From a virus (lineage: Duplodnaviria; Caudoviricetes): a stretch of DNA of 64,000 nt. The notes under the pieces were generated by a model, which did no database searches, had not been told where the DNA came from, and was given only the letters and a program-made list of their open reading frames with translations. The stretch covers positions 32,001 to 96,000 of IMG/VR virus record IMGVR_UViG_3300028833_000098; one strand, written 5' to 3'. Made by a program: the position numbers and the translations under genes. Below are positions 9,405 through 19,692 of this stretch, in pieces. The stretch's first letter is position 1. Each line of letters starts with the position of its first letter.

Positions 9405-12400
9405 ATGGATGAAAATAAAATTATAATCAAACAATCTTATTTCACCAATATCCAGACCGCTATCAACTGCATCAATGAGTTTTTCTCTTCACAGTTCAAG
9501 AATAAGAATTTCCCTGTTCTCGATGAGGGAATGGATCTTGATCCAACTGTGGAGAGAATTATCTCTCGTCTGAATGTGGTTGATTCATCTTGGGTATTTG
9601 ATGAAAATAAGTTTCAGGATATGATGAATCTCATTAATGGTGAGATTGATAAAATCGATCCTGAGAATGGAGTCTATGGTACAATCATGGATTCTAATAA
9701 TGAAGCACTCATACAGGCTGTTGAATCCTATATCGGTTTCAAGTTCCTGAATATGATAGCTGATAACTTCGAGGCTTTCACTAAATTCATCAATGGTATT
9801 TATACATTCGAATTATTCTACAAGACAGCTGAATATGCTGATGTACTGGAAGTCTTTGATAAGGTTATTCCTTTTGACGAAGTACCCGGTCTTGATCTTG
9901 AAGAAAAGTTCTTCGATGATGCTGCATATGTAGAGGGTCTTATTCAGAACGAGAATGTTTCGTTACCTGATGCTCTCGACTTTGATAGTCAGAAGGAAAG
10001 AATGGAAGCCCGTCAGAATCTTGATGGATATGAAATCCTTGTAGATGATACAGTTCAGGAAGCTGCAGAGGTTAATTATTTTATCAATGATAAACCCCAG
10101 AACATGAAGTATTCTGATTCCCAGAAAAAGTTCATGATCTCAAACGAATTCGAAAGTGCTGTCAATGATCTTGTATCAGGTCTTCGTAAATGTGATACAA
10201 CAGACGATCTCCTCAAGTATTTCCAGGATGCAAATACAATTCCTAAGTTGGTAGATCGTATGAGTAGAACGACTATTCCGTATATACTCGTCAAGGTTCT
10301 TACTAATCCTAAGAAGACACCTGCTGATCTGTCGGCTAAGTTGAAGAAGTATACTGATTCTTATGCATCAATTCTGTCACAGAATAACGGTGCTCGTAGA
10401 TTTGAAAACTATGATCTCTTCTCTACTTTCAAATCTGATAAGGAAGGTACTATCAAATTCATTGAGGACTTCTGCAAACTCAAATTGATAAATGATGCTG
10501 ATGCATCTATTGCGAATAACACATTACTTACAATATTCAATATATTCGATTCCAGAATATATTTGGATCTTGCATATAATGTTGCTCCTGAATCCATCAC
10601 AAAAGAAAAGATGGAGGATGCATTCGTTAAGGAAATCCGTGGCAGGATCAATAAGAACTCTCGTTCTAAGACAGCATATACAGAAGAGGCTCCCAAGGAG
10701 ACTGACGAAACAGGTACTCCAACCGAGACTAAACCTGATACAACAGAAACTGTCAATGAGTATGTATCAACTGAACTGAAAAAGTTCGGTACAATGACTC
10801 ATAATGATATGAGATACTGTGATCAATTCTCAGCTCTTATTGAGAAGGAAATTGATACCATTGATGATCGCATGTTCAATGAGCATGTTTCACCTATACT
10901 TGTTGACGAATATATCGGCGAGTCTTATGATGTAGAATCTCTTGAAGCATTCTATGCAGAGGCTTCTGTTCCGCAGCGTCGTATAAGACTTCAGTCTGCA
11001 ATCAATTCACTGATGCATGATTGCGAGAAAATTGTTTCAATGGATAAACAGCATCGTTGGAATAACAACACATTCTCACGTCAGTACAGAACAACGACTT
11101 CAATGTTCTTGTTCTTCTTGTGTCCCAACATCAATGGTTCTTCCGAAGAGCATACCAATATAAAGCAGCTCCATCATTGGCTGGGTAAGGCTGTTAACGG
11201 TAAAGCAGGTAACTTCACATCTGAACAGATGTCAACTCTATCTCAACTGAGAGATCTCGTTTCAGACATGTGGGGTACTGTTAAGCTGTTCTGGTTAAAT
11301 CCCAGGAACTGGTTTAAGAACATTAATCTTACACAGAATACAGGTATCCAGAAACGTGTAAGAAAGATGGCTGATATTGCCAAACAGATAGTTGCTCTCA
11401 AGGGTGAACTTGGATTTATTAATGACGAAATGTTCGTTGATGAATATGCATTCATGAAACAGTTCTCCGATGAAGTTATCATGGAAGCAACTACTGAAGA
11501 GAACCATAACAGACTCAACAAATCTGTTGGTTTGTTAATGGATGACATGGGTAGAATTGTAAAAATGTCCAAGGAAAATAAATGGACAAACAATTCATGC
11601 CTTTCGATGTTCAGAGCCGGTGAGACACTCAAGAATGTAAAAGAAGCGAAGAAGTATGTTGACCGTGCTATTATCGGTTCAGGTGGTGTCAAAGTAAAAG
11701 ACACTGATACTCTCAAAGAGCTTCTGATCAAGATTAAGGATCTTCTTTCTACCGTAAATGGTATGAAACTCAATCCTTTCATTCATAAGAATATAAAGGA
11801 ATCAGGTCCTGCAAAGAAAGTATCAGTAATAGCAAATGACATCTTTAAAATGAAACCTTCTCTTGGCTTCTTAAAGGATGCTCCTGTAAAGGAAAGATCC
11901 GAAGATAAAAATGACGAGAAGGAAGAAAAAACAGTTGAAGAATCAACTGTTATGGATTTTGAAGAATTCATGGTTGTCATGGAAGCTGCTCCTGAAGATG
12001 GAAGTATTCCAAACTACATGAAGAACAGAATAGCTCTATCAGATAATATGAAGACACAAACAGTTCCTGTTGATCTTCCTGAAGGAGTTCCTCAGAATCC
12101 TATTCCGGATCTTACTCAATCAATTGATACAAAGCTTTCTACCGATAGCAATGATATCAATGATATGCTTGGTTCAGGTTACACACCTGCAAACAAGAAA
12201 GAAGAAGCAAAGACAGTCATCAATATCACAAACAACTATACGAATTCTTTCAATAAGGATTCATATAATACCAGCACAACCACTGATAGTTCTACTGGTA
12301 AGGTGACTAACACAACAACCACGAATACGAATTCTCACAATGATTCTTCTTCAAACAAAGATTCCTCTAACAATAAAAGAACCACATCATCAAATTCAGT

Positions 12401-13115
12401 AAAAACTGATAAATCTGGTTCTAACAATAATAATAATAGCAGCACATCTGCTGAGCTAAAGGAATCGAAGAAGAGTGAAACTTTCTCGAATGGTAAAACC
12501 GTTCAAGAGATGTTCGCATTCTTGGAATCTGCGGCGCCCCAATCAGATAGAAGTGATGCTGGAAAACCTCCTAAGGAGGATTCTTTAACTAAGGCTATGG
12601 ATCGTGACAGGAAAACGTTACCTGCTCAACAGGGAGCGAAGAAAGCTACGACCAAAGCACTTAATACCGGCAAGGCTGTCCTAAAACCCGTTTCTCGAAC
12701 AAAGCAGTGGATCAACAATGTTGTGAACTCTGTAATCAAAAGAGACGAAGATCAAGTCAAGGCCGAGATGTTCGATAATCCTAGCTATCGTTCTGCTGTA
12801 CTCAAAGCAGCTAGACTTGCTACCAAGCTTGGAATGACTGGTGTTTTAACTGCATTAAGTCCGTACCTGGGAGTCGGATATGTGGGAGTTCAGGGCCTTA
12901 AGGCTATGGATAAACATAGACTCAAGGATGAAATGGCTAATGAGCTTATGACTGAACTTGAAATAACAGATCAGAAAATAAGAGATCTTAGCAATTCAAA
13001 TTCCCCTGAAGCATTAAAACAAAAGTATGAACTGATGAGAATTCGTCAGAAGCTTATTGAGAAGATTCCTCAAACAAAGAGATCTTTGATTAAGCATCCA
13101 AGTGATTTGGCATAA
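9405..13115 (+). CDS. large head protein, probably proteolytically processed polyprotein
   Basis: 1236 aa with many xxE|A/S sites, an internal domain duplication and an S/N/T-rich linker. Confidence 0.6.
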   Translation: MDENKIIIKQSYFTNIQTAINCINEFFSSQFKNKNFPVLDEGMDLDPTVERIISRLNVVDSSWVFDENKFQDMMNLINGEIDKIDPENGVYGTIMDSNNEALIQAVESYIGFKFLNMIADNFEAFTKFINGIYTFELFYKTAEYADVLEVFDKVIPFDEVPGLDLEEKFFDDAAYVEGLIQNENVSLPDALDFDSQKERMEARQNLDGYEILVDDTVQEAAEVNYFINDKPQNMKYSDSQKKFMISNEFESAVNDLVSGLRKCDTTDDLLKYFQDANTIPKLVDRMSRTTIPYILVKVLTNPKKTPADLSAKLKKYTDSYASILSQNNGARRFENYDLFSTFKSDKEGTIKFIEDFCKLKLINDADASIANNTLLTIFNIFDSRIYLDLAYNVAPESITKEKMEDAFVKEIRGRINKNSRSKTAYTEEAPKETDETGTPTETKPDTTETVNEYVSTELKKFGTMTHNDMRYCDQFSALIEKEIDTIDDRMFNEHVSPILVDEYIGESYDVESLEAFYAEASVPQRRIRLQSAINSLMHDCEKIVSMDKQHRWNNNTFSRQYRTTTSMFLFFLCPNINGSSEEHTNIKQLHHWLGKAVNGKAGNFTSEQMSTLSQLRDLVSDMWGTVKLFWLNPRNWFKNINLTQNTGIQKRVRKMADIAKQIVALKGELGFINDEMFVDEYAFMKQFSDEVIMEATTEENHNRLNKSVGLLMDDMGRIVKMSKENKWTNNSCLSMFRAGETLKNVKEAKKYVDRAIIGSGGVKVKDTDTLKELLIKIKDLLSTVNGMKLNPFIHKNIKESGPAKKVSVIANDIFKMKPSLGFLKDAPVKERSEDKNDEKEEKTVEESTVMDFEEFMVVMEAAPEDGSIPNYMKNRIALSDNMKTQTVPVDLPEGVPQNPIPDLTQSIDTKLSTDSNDINDMLGSGYTPANKKEEAKTVINITNNYTNSFNKDSYNTSTTTDSSTGKVTNTTTTNTNSHNDSSSNKDSSNNKRTTSSNSVKTDKSGSNNNNNSSTSAELKESKKSETFSNGKTVQEMFAFLESAAPQSDRSDAGKPPKEDSLTKAMDRDRKTLPAQQGAKKATTKALNTGKAVLKPVSRTKQWINNVVNSVIKRDEDQVKAEMFDNPSYRSAVLKAARLATKLGMTGVLTALSPYLGVGYVGVQGLKAMDKHRLKDEMANELMTELEITDQKIRDLSNSNSPEALKQKYELMRIRQKLIEKIPQTKRSLIKHPSDLA

Positions 13116-13136
13116 CACAAAGGGGGGATATAACCA

Positions 13137-13745
13137 GTGCCAAACAAAGATCTGTTCTTCATGGTCATGGAGGCTGATGGAGATGAGATGCAAGCATTCG
13201 ATGAGAATGCTCCTGCACCAGAAGATGCTGGTGCTGATGAGACTACCCCTGCTGCTACTGAAGAACCAAGTGGTGGCGAAGGTGATGTCGAAGCACCACC
13301 AGAAATGAATGAGGACGACTTTGGAATGGGTGGTCTGAATGACATGGATAGTGGTGAATCTTCAGAAGGCGAAGAGACTTCTGGTGAAGGTGGTGGTGAC
13401 GAAGAAGCTGATAAACAGGATACAAAGCTTTCAACTAAAGCGAATGATATTTTGAATCAGTCGTTATACACTAAATTCGTCAATCGTAATAGAGAGATAG
13501 AGGACATCATAACAAGTATCAAAGATACTATACCTCTACTCCCAAATGATATCATTAAATCTAATGATAAGTCAATGAACCAACTGAAGGCTGCCCTTCA
13601 AAAAGGACAAGAATACGTTATCAATGATTTCGTAGATTCTGGTTATGGTGAGAACTTATTGTTCTACCAAAAACTGGACAGCTTATATGTACTTCTACTG
13701 AATCGAATTGATACTAATCTGAGAAAAATTGACGTAGGTCAATAA
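13137..13745 (+). CDS. putative scaffold/prohead core protein
   Basis: GTG start, acidic N-half and helical C-half, immediately upstream of the MCP. Carries an MVME|A site. Confidence 0.5.
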   Translation: MPNKDLFFMVMEADGDEMQAFDENAPAPEDAGADETTPAATEEPSGGEGDVEAPPEMNEDDFGMGGLNDMDSGESSEGEETSGEGGGDEEADKQDTKLSTKANDILNQSLYTKFVNRNREIEDIITSIKDTIPLLPNDIIKSNDKSMNQLKAALQKGQEYVINDFVDSGYGENLLFYQKLDSLYVLLLNRIDTNLRKIDVGQ

Positions 13746-13793
13746 TGAAAGACAATATCTTTCGAAATTTAAATCAAAAGGAGTGTTTTATTC

Positions 13794-16031
13794 ATGGCAT
13801 ACAATGTATCAAATATGAACAATGGCCACGGATCATGGTTCCAGGAACAGATGAACATGATTAACAACTCATCTGCTGCAGAGCTGGATTCACTTAGCGA
13901 CACTTTTGCTAAGAATTTTCAGGAAACAGTTACTGATATCGCCAACACATATAACGGCATCAACGTAATGAGAGATGCCAAGAAGATGATGGATAACCCC
14001 GAGATCATGCAGGAATACAAGGTACAGCTTCTTGATCCTATTCTTGAGGAAATCCGTACAGCTGCTGCTGATCAGACAGACCCTGGTGAGAAGTTCCACC
14101 TTGAGAGCGTTGCAGATCAGCTCGAGTCTTCATGGAATGAAAGCCAGAAGAGCTTCCTGGTACAGGAGTCTTATAACACAGCTACATATCTTCCTCTTTC
14201 AACTCTCGACTTCCCTGCTCTGATCAAGCAGTACATCAGATTCCTTGGTAAGGATATCATCCCCGTACAGACTGCTTCTTCAACAAACATCGAGCAGCGT
14301 ATATTCGTTAAGTATCTCGTAAACAACCAGACTGGTGAAGAGTATGAGGTACCTAAGGTATACTGGCAGAAGGAAGCTGACGGCACACCTACATGGAAGA
14401 AGCTCTGGAATGCTGGTAAGGGCGTAAGGATCAACGATAAGGATCCTATCATGCTTGCTGACATAGCTGCTGCTAAGAACAAGAAGTATGATATGTTCAA
14501 TCACCTTCTCCAGGACAACGGTGAGGCATATCCTGAACAGGGTCAGGCTGGTGCATTCGAGAAGACACTGAGAACTCGTCTCTCTTATGACTTCAACATC
14601 CAGTACGTTGCACTCGATGGCTCAACAGAGGATAGTTATTCAGCTATCACATTCTCTGGTGCAGGTACAACAGAGTCTCCTTATTCTCCTGCATATGAGT
14701 CTGGTAAGTACTACACAAAGAGCGGCGAAGAATATACCGCTGTAACTGGTGATGATGCTCCTGCAGACTGGGGTACAGATACAACTGGTAAGTACTACTC
14801 AAAGACTCCTGGTCAGACTGGCGTTAAGAAGGTTAAGCTCCCTGGTGCTGGTATCGCTATTGATATCCAGACTGGTGGTGTATTCCTTAACGGTGACTTC
14901 GCAGATGCTAAGCTTCCCGTTGTTGATCCTAATACAAATATTCCTACAGGTGAAGTTACAGATGCTATCAGCGATATGCTTTCTGGTCGTGTTGACTTCG
15001 TTAAGGGCACACTGACAGCTTCTTCATGCGGCACAATCGTAGGTCTCTATGTTTCTGGTCACATCTCAAACGAGACAAACCTCAGAACAATCGGCTTCAG
15101 AGAGTATCCTCTCATCCGTAAGTTCCTGATCTCCGATGGTTGCAGATTCCAGCTTCCTTTCACAGTTGAAGACTTTGCTGAGGCAAACGCTGCACTCAAC
15201 TTCAACCTCTACAACAGACTCGTTCAGGAGCTCGTTGTTAACCAGGAAATGTTCGAGGATGAGTCAATCCTTGAGTACCTCGACGAGCAGTTCGAGATGT
15301 ATGATGGTTACGATTCAGACGTATTCGCTCTCGAGAGCTATACACATACTGAGTTCTGTGACCTTGATCCTACTTCCATTTCACCTACATTCGCAGGCGA
15401 TCCTTGGGAGTACAGAACCAATGCTATCCACAACGCAATCAACTCTGTAATCTATGAGCTCTGCGATCGTGGTAAGCTTGAGAACCTTGGCTTCGTTATC
15501 TATGCTAACCCCAAGGCTTGTCGTCTCCTCAATAAGTTCGTAACATGGACTGTTAAGAAGAGCACAGAAATCGGTGGTGTTCAGATGAACCACAGCTTCG
15601 GTATCCTTACTGACAGCGATCTCCCGATCCGTGTTGTTGCTTCTAACCGTGTTGACGCTTACACACTCATCCCTGCATACCAGAAGGATGAGGAGGGCAA
15701 TCCTCTTCCTGAGGGCACAATGTCTAAGGAGTACTTCTTCAAGATCGTTGCTTATCCGATGGATAAGTTCCACATCTCCTACAAGCACCTCCGTTTCGCA
15801 CGTCACCTCACAAATTCTCCTGAGAATGCTGGTTACGCTGATATCAACAATCCTGGTGGTCAGGCAGTTCTTATCACAACCTCTGCTCAGTACAAGACAA
15901 TCTCTGTACAGGGTATTCAGGGTCGTGTTATCTGCAAGAACACTGTTCTCGTTCCTGATATCAAGGCTGGTGTTACAACTCCTTCTAACATCACAGACGG
16001 TGGAGAAGACGGCGGCAACAGCATGCCTTAA
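13794..16031 (+). CDS. major capsid protein precursor
   Basis: Follows protease and scaffold, shows the strongest codon bias in the window, has an N-terminal propeptide ending near FLVQE|S, and is followed by a strong terminator. Confidence 0.75.
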   Translation: MAYNVSNMNNGHGSWFQEQMNMINNSSAAELDSLSDTFAKNFQETVTDIANTYNGINVMRDAKKMMDNPEIMQEYKVQLLDPILEEIRTAAADQTDPGEKFHLESVADQLESSWNESQKSFLVQESYNTATYLPLSTLDFPALIKQYIRFLGKDIIPVQTASSTNIEQRIFVKYLVNNQTGEEYEVPKVYWQKEADGTPTWKKLWNAGKGVRINDKDPIMLADIAAAKNKKYDMFNHLLQDNGEAYPEQGQAGAFEKTLRTRLSYDFNIQYVALDGSTEDSYSAITFSGAGTTESPYSPAYESGKYYTKSGEEYTAVTGDDAPADWGTDTTGKYYSKTPGQTGVKKVKLPGAGIAIDIQTGGVFLNGDFADAKLPVVDPNTNIPTGEVTDAISDMLSGRVDFVKGTLTASSCGTIVGLYVSGHISNETNLRTIGFREYPLIRKFLISDGCRFQLPFTVEDFAEANAALNFNLYNRLVQELVVNQEMFEDESILEYLDEQFEMYDGYDSDVFALESYTHTEFCDLDPTSISPTFAGDPWEYRTNAIHNAINSVIYELCDRGKLENLGFVIYANPKACRLLNKFVTWTVKKSTEIGGVQMNHSFGILTDSDLPIRVVASNRVDAYTLIPAYQKDEEGNPLPEGTMSKEYFFKIVAYPMDKFHISYKHLRFARHLTNSPENAGYADINNPGGQAVLITTSAQYKTISVQGIQGRVICKNTVLVPDIKAGVTTPSNITDGGEDGGNSMP

Positions 16032-16062
16032 TCGTACATAAAGTACATGAATAATTAAAGTG

Positions 16063-16084
16063 GACGGGGGCAACAGCCCCCGTC
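16063..16084. terminator. bidirectional intrinsic terminator
   Basis: GACGGGGGC-aaca-GCCCCCGTC between convergent genes. Confidence 0.8.
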
Positions 16085-16091
16085 TATTATT

Positions 16092-16628
16092 TTACACTGT
16101 TTCTAAAAAATTCTCTATCATTGCTAAACACATTTTAATTACATATTCAGGTTCTATATCAGAATATGTTTCTAAGGTATTATCTATAATACTTCGCGTG
16201 GAATCCCTTCTTGCGATTTTAAGATTCTTTGATAATAAAACCTCCATATTGATATTTTCTAATATGGTTTCTCTCATTGCTTTTGATTCTTCAGGTGAAG
16301 GTAATCTAAACTCTTTTAAAAGATTTTTTGTTTTAATAACATTATCAAGTTTCTTTTCAACGTTGTCGATACCACTGGATAACGATCCTATGTTCTTATT
16401 GATTATGGTAAGAGCCTTCTTATAATCATTATCCATATTGAATAATTTATCATCTGAATTATCTTGGTTTACTTTCAATTGGTATACTGAGAAAGTCAAT
16501 GATGATATTATGTCATTATTTTCTTTTTTCATTCTTAAAATAATGACGAAGAGAACTGATGTCAATATCAGTAAAATGGATATGGCGACCAGCATGATTA
16601 TTAATAAACATAAACAATTTGTAGACAT
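16092..16628 (-). CDS. membrane-anchored coiled-coil protein
   Basis: SD AAGGAGG, an N-terminal TM helix followed by RMKK, then a coiled coil. Confidence 0.65.
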   Translation of the reverse strand: MSTNCLCLLIIMLVAISILLILTSVLFVIILRMKKENNDIISSLTFSVYQLKVNQDNSDDKLFNMDNDYKKALTIINKNIGSLSSGIDNVEKKLDNVIKTKNLLKEFRLPSPEESKAMRETILENINMEVLLSKNLKIARRDSTRSIIDNTLETYSDIEPEYVIKMCLAMIENFLETV

Positions 16629-16672
16629 AATGGATCCTCCTTAAAAATATAAAAGATTGGAAGTGTTATTAA

Positions 16673-18256
16673 ATGAACAGTACTGTTATGAATACTATTA
16701 AAGCTATGATCGAACATAAGAAATATTCTGTTATAACCGAATATGCGAATGTTGTTCATGGAAAGAATAACTTATTTGTTTCTGAATATGGTGGAAACAA
16801 TGTAAGACTATACAAGGACAACGATAACAATGTACGAGTTCTCTGTCCTAAGAACATGGATACTGTACAGGAAGGTTACTTGGCAAAAGCTATTGCCGAT
16901 GGATCTGTGTTTGATGATGCTGATGATATTGATAAGAATGCTTCAGTTATCGAGAGAACTTCAATCCCTTATGATGCAATGATCAATGTTGGTAAAGAAC
17001 CTCCTAAGAACCTTAAACCCATGATCGCTATCGTAGTTGGTAGAATGGGTGATGATGGTTCATTTAGTGTTACTGATGCTGACAGAACCAACGGCGTTAA
17101 TTTCGTTAAGGATGTAACTGCTGCTAATGCAAATGGTGATTCTATAAATGGTGTAGTTGACAATTATCTCGAAAAGGATAAGGAAGGTTTCTATACACCT
17201 GATATCGGTAAAAATATATCAGGACTCAATAATGAGCTTGATGATGTAAATGATACTGATCCCGGCGATGTTGTATCTGATGATGATACAGTTGATTCAT
17301 ACGATGATTATGATATGGATGAATTCGAACGTGATCCTGATGCGCCTGATGAGGAACCCAGCAATCCTGAAGAGGATGGAGTAAACGATGTTCCTCCTGC
17401 CGTTGATCCTGATGCTGATTCAGCATCTGATGCAGAAGATGATGCAGATGAGACAGATAAGACAGAAGAAGTTGAAGAGTGTGGTGACACTAATACTGTT
17501 GAAGAATGCGGTAATAACTGCGTTCCCACAACTACAACTGAATCTGATGAAACTGGTGAGGAAACATTGAGTGCATCAATGGACAATAATGAAGAGACCG
17601 AACCTGCTGCACCTGAGGAAGATCCTATAGCTACAGATGTTGCTAATGGAATAATCGCAAGATATAAACGTGTATCCGAGTGTGGTAATAACTGTGTTCC
17701 CACTGGTAAGGCGGTTGTTCAGGAAGATGATATCGACAATGCTGAAACACCTTCTGATCCTGAAATAGATACACCAACTGATTCTGCAGTTGAACCTACA
17801 ACAGAACCTGCTAGTGATGTTGTATCTGAAGATGGCGCACCAACAGAGGAAACCACCGCTGATGGTTCAGTTAACAAATCACCAATGCCTATGTCGGCTG
17901 AGACAAAAACTATCGCAAACAACCAGATGCATCAGGAAGGTTTCTTAACAAAGAAGCCCAAAAAGCTAAAACCCATCGGAAGAGACGTGGTAGCATACAT
18001 AACTTGCGAGATGAATGATATACATTCAGCAAATGATCAAGCTATGTTAGCCGGTTATACTTGCTCTAAGATAGAACTGGTAGATTGGTACATCACCGTA
18101 CTTGATACTCAGGATCCTAAGTATATCGTACCTCATACACGTCAATATCTCGTAACTATTAAAGCACAGCTCGAAAGCCTGCTTGCACAGATATTGAAGA
18201 TTCGTCCTATCAATAGGACTGATCAGATTTGGCGTGTTAACTACCCAACAGTATAA
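16673..18256 (+). CDS. acidic head protein with ECGNNCVPT repeats
   Basis: 527 aa with a D/E-rich centre and multiple xxE| sites. Confidence 0.6.
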   Translation: MNSTVMNTIKAMIEHKKYSVITEYANVVHGKNNLFVSEYGGNNVRLYKDNDNNVRVLCPKNMDTVQEGYLAKAIADGSVFDDADDIDKNASVIERTSIPYDAMINVGKEPPKNLKPMIAIVVGRMGDDGSFSVTDADRTNGVNFVKDVTAANANGDSINGVVDNYLEKDKEGFYTPDIGKNISGLNNELDDVNDTDPGDVVSDDDTVDSYDDYDMDEFERDPDAPDEEPSNPEEDGVNDVPPAVDPDADSASDAEDDADETDKTEEVEECGDTNTVEECGNNCVPTTTTESDETGEETLSASMDNNEETEPAAPEEDPIATDVANGIIARYKRVSECGNNCVPTGKAVVQEDDIDNAETPSDPEIDTPTDSAVEPTTEPASDVVSEDGAPTEETTADGSVNKSPMPMSAETKTIANNQMHQEGFLTKKPKKLKPIGRDVVAYITCEMNDIHSANDQAMLAGYTCSKIELVDWYITVLDTQDPKYIVPHTRQYLVTIKAQLESLLAQILKIRPINRTDQIWRVNYPTV

Positions 18257-18270
18257 GGAGGGATAAATCA

Positions 18271-18843
18271 ATGGATGTAAAGAATCTTTCTATGACAACA
18301 ACCGTAGAGAACAATAAAAATCTCTTCGAGGATGTTGCTAAAGAATATAATAAAGCTAAAGATGTATTCCGAGTTCAATACAAAATACTGAACTATGATA
18401 AGATAATAGATGAACTCATATCTTATCTGGACGGATACAAGAAATATGCTGATAACGGTTCGGATAAATATAAAGGAAAGGTACTCACAATATCAAGAGC
18501 ATTTTTCGACAAAATGTTTACTGATAAAGAGTATAAAAGAAAGATCAACCTTTCGGAATTCAGAGAGATCAACTTCAATTATCTTAAGAGAACCAAGGAG
18601 CTCCAATCCGTAGTAGAATCTACATTGAAGGATGCTGAATCAAATGGAGAATTGAATTCTCTGATAAGAATGATAGATAACCAGTTTAAGAAACTGGCAA
18701 AGGTTAACCGAGATGATATGAAGATCTATCTTTGGATCGTTAATTCGGATTCAACATTCTTCAAGTTTAAGCTTGACGAAAAGACAAGAAAAGCGTATTA
18801 TGATAAATCCTCTCCGGTAATGCATAAAGTCGTTAAGAAGTAA
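18271..18843 (+). CDS. hypothetical protein
   Basis: SD AAGGAGGG, 190 aa. Confidence 0.7.
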   Translation: MDVKNLSMTTTVENNKNLFEDVAKEYNKAKDVFRVQYKILNYDKIIDELISYLDGYKKYADNGSDKYKGKVLTISRAFFDKMFTDKEYKRKINLSEFREINFNYLKRTKELQSVVESTLKDAESNGELNSLIRMIDNQFKKLAKVNRDDMKIYLWIVNSDSTFFKFKLDEKTRKAYYDKSSPVMHKVVKK

Positions 18844-18855
18844 GGTGGTGATGAT

Positions 18856-19614
18856 ATGAATATATCGGATGTAATAAACGATATTAAATTATCACAAGGA
18901 CTTCAAAACATTGCACTTCCATTTGATGAACCTGTTGAAAATGTTATTGGGGAGATATTACGAATGACAGTTCGTGAATACTCTGAATTCAAACCATATA
19001 AACAGGAATGCTTTGCTGTAAAAAAGAATCTCAGATCTCCTAATGAGATTGCTAAAAAAGAAGGAATATTCTTCTTACCTGAAGAATGTACTCGGGCTCC
19101 TGTTAAAGATGCTAAAGCTGAAATAACTGGATCAACTCCTGATGATGCAATGGTTACTACAAATACATTCACTGTTGGTACACCATTTGTGGGTTTTGGT
19201 TCATATTATCCTCAGGACATTCTGAATGCACAAATGACAGGTGCTGCAATAAACAAATATTCTGGTTTATCATCACAATTGCCTAACTCGGAATATCTTG
19301 GTTATAACAAAATCAAGTTATATAATTTCCCTGAGCAATGTTTCATCAAGTTCACTGTGGAAAGAGTTCATGACTATTCATTGGAGACTCTTCCTGATAC
19401 TTGCTATGAGACATTCGTTGAACTGGCAACGTTGGATGTGCAGCGTACATTATACAACCAGATTAAAAACATGCAAAATGTTGGTTCTGCATTTAAAGAA
19501 ATTCAATTAAAGATTGAAGACTGGTCTGGTGCAGAAAAAGAACAAAAAGCATGGATGGAAAAATACCGTGGTACATTCCATCTTGATAAACCCGATCTAA
19601 TTACGTTCTTCTAA
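18856..19614 (+). CDS. putative neck/head-completion protein
   Basis: 252 aa located between head genes and the tape measure gene. Function is inferred from position and size. Confidence 0.4.
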   Translation: MNISDVINDIKLSQGLQNIALPFDEPVENVIGEILRMTVREYSEFKPYKQECFAVKKNLRSPNEIAKKEGIFFLPEECTRAPVKDAKAEITGSTPDDAMVTTNTFTVGTPFVGFGSYYPQDILNAQMTGAAINKYSGLSSQLPNSEYLGYNKIKLYNFPEQCFIKFTVERVHDYSLETLPDTCYETFVELATLDVQRTLYNQIKNMQNVGSAFKEIQLKIEDWSGAEKEQKAWMEKYRGTFHLDKPDLITFF

Positions 19615-19630
19615 TAACCATATGGTTTAT

Positions 19631-19658
19631 TATGATGGGGACATCAGTCCCCATCATA
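19631..19658 (+). terminator. intrinsic terminator hairpin
   Basis: TATGATGGGGAC-atca-GTCCCCATCATA. Confidence 0.7.
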
Positions 19659-19692
19659 TAAGCCTCATCTATATAATAAGGAGGTGAATGTA

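Noticed and set aside
12220-12450. AAC/AAT-rich repetitive stretch as a possible DGR variable region or array
   Set aside because: It is a low-complexity S/N/T coding linker. No template repeat or reverse transcriptase is seen in the window.
15136-16073. Long alternate-frame and antisense ORFs over the MCP (e.g. 15381..16073 -, 15631..16041 +)
   Set aside because: Shadow ORFs produced by strong codon bias; no SD and non-protein-like composition.
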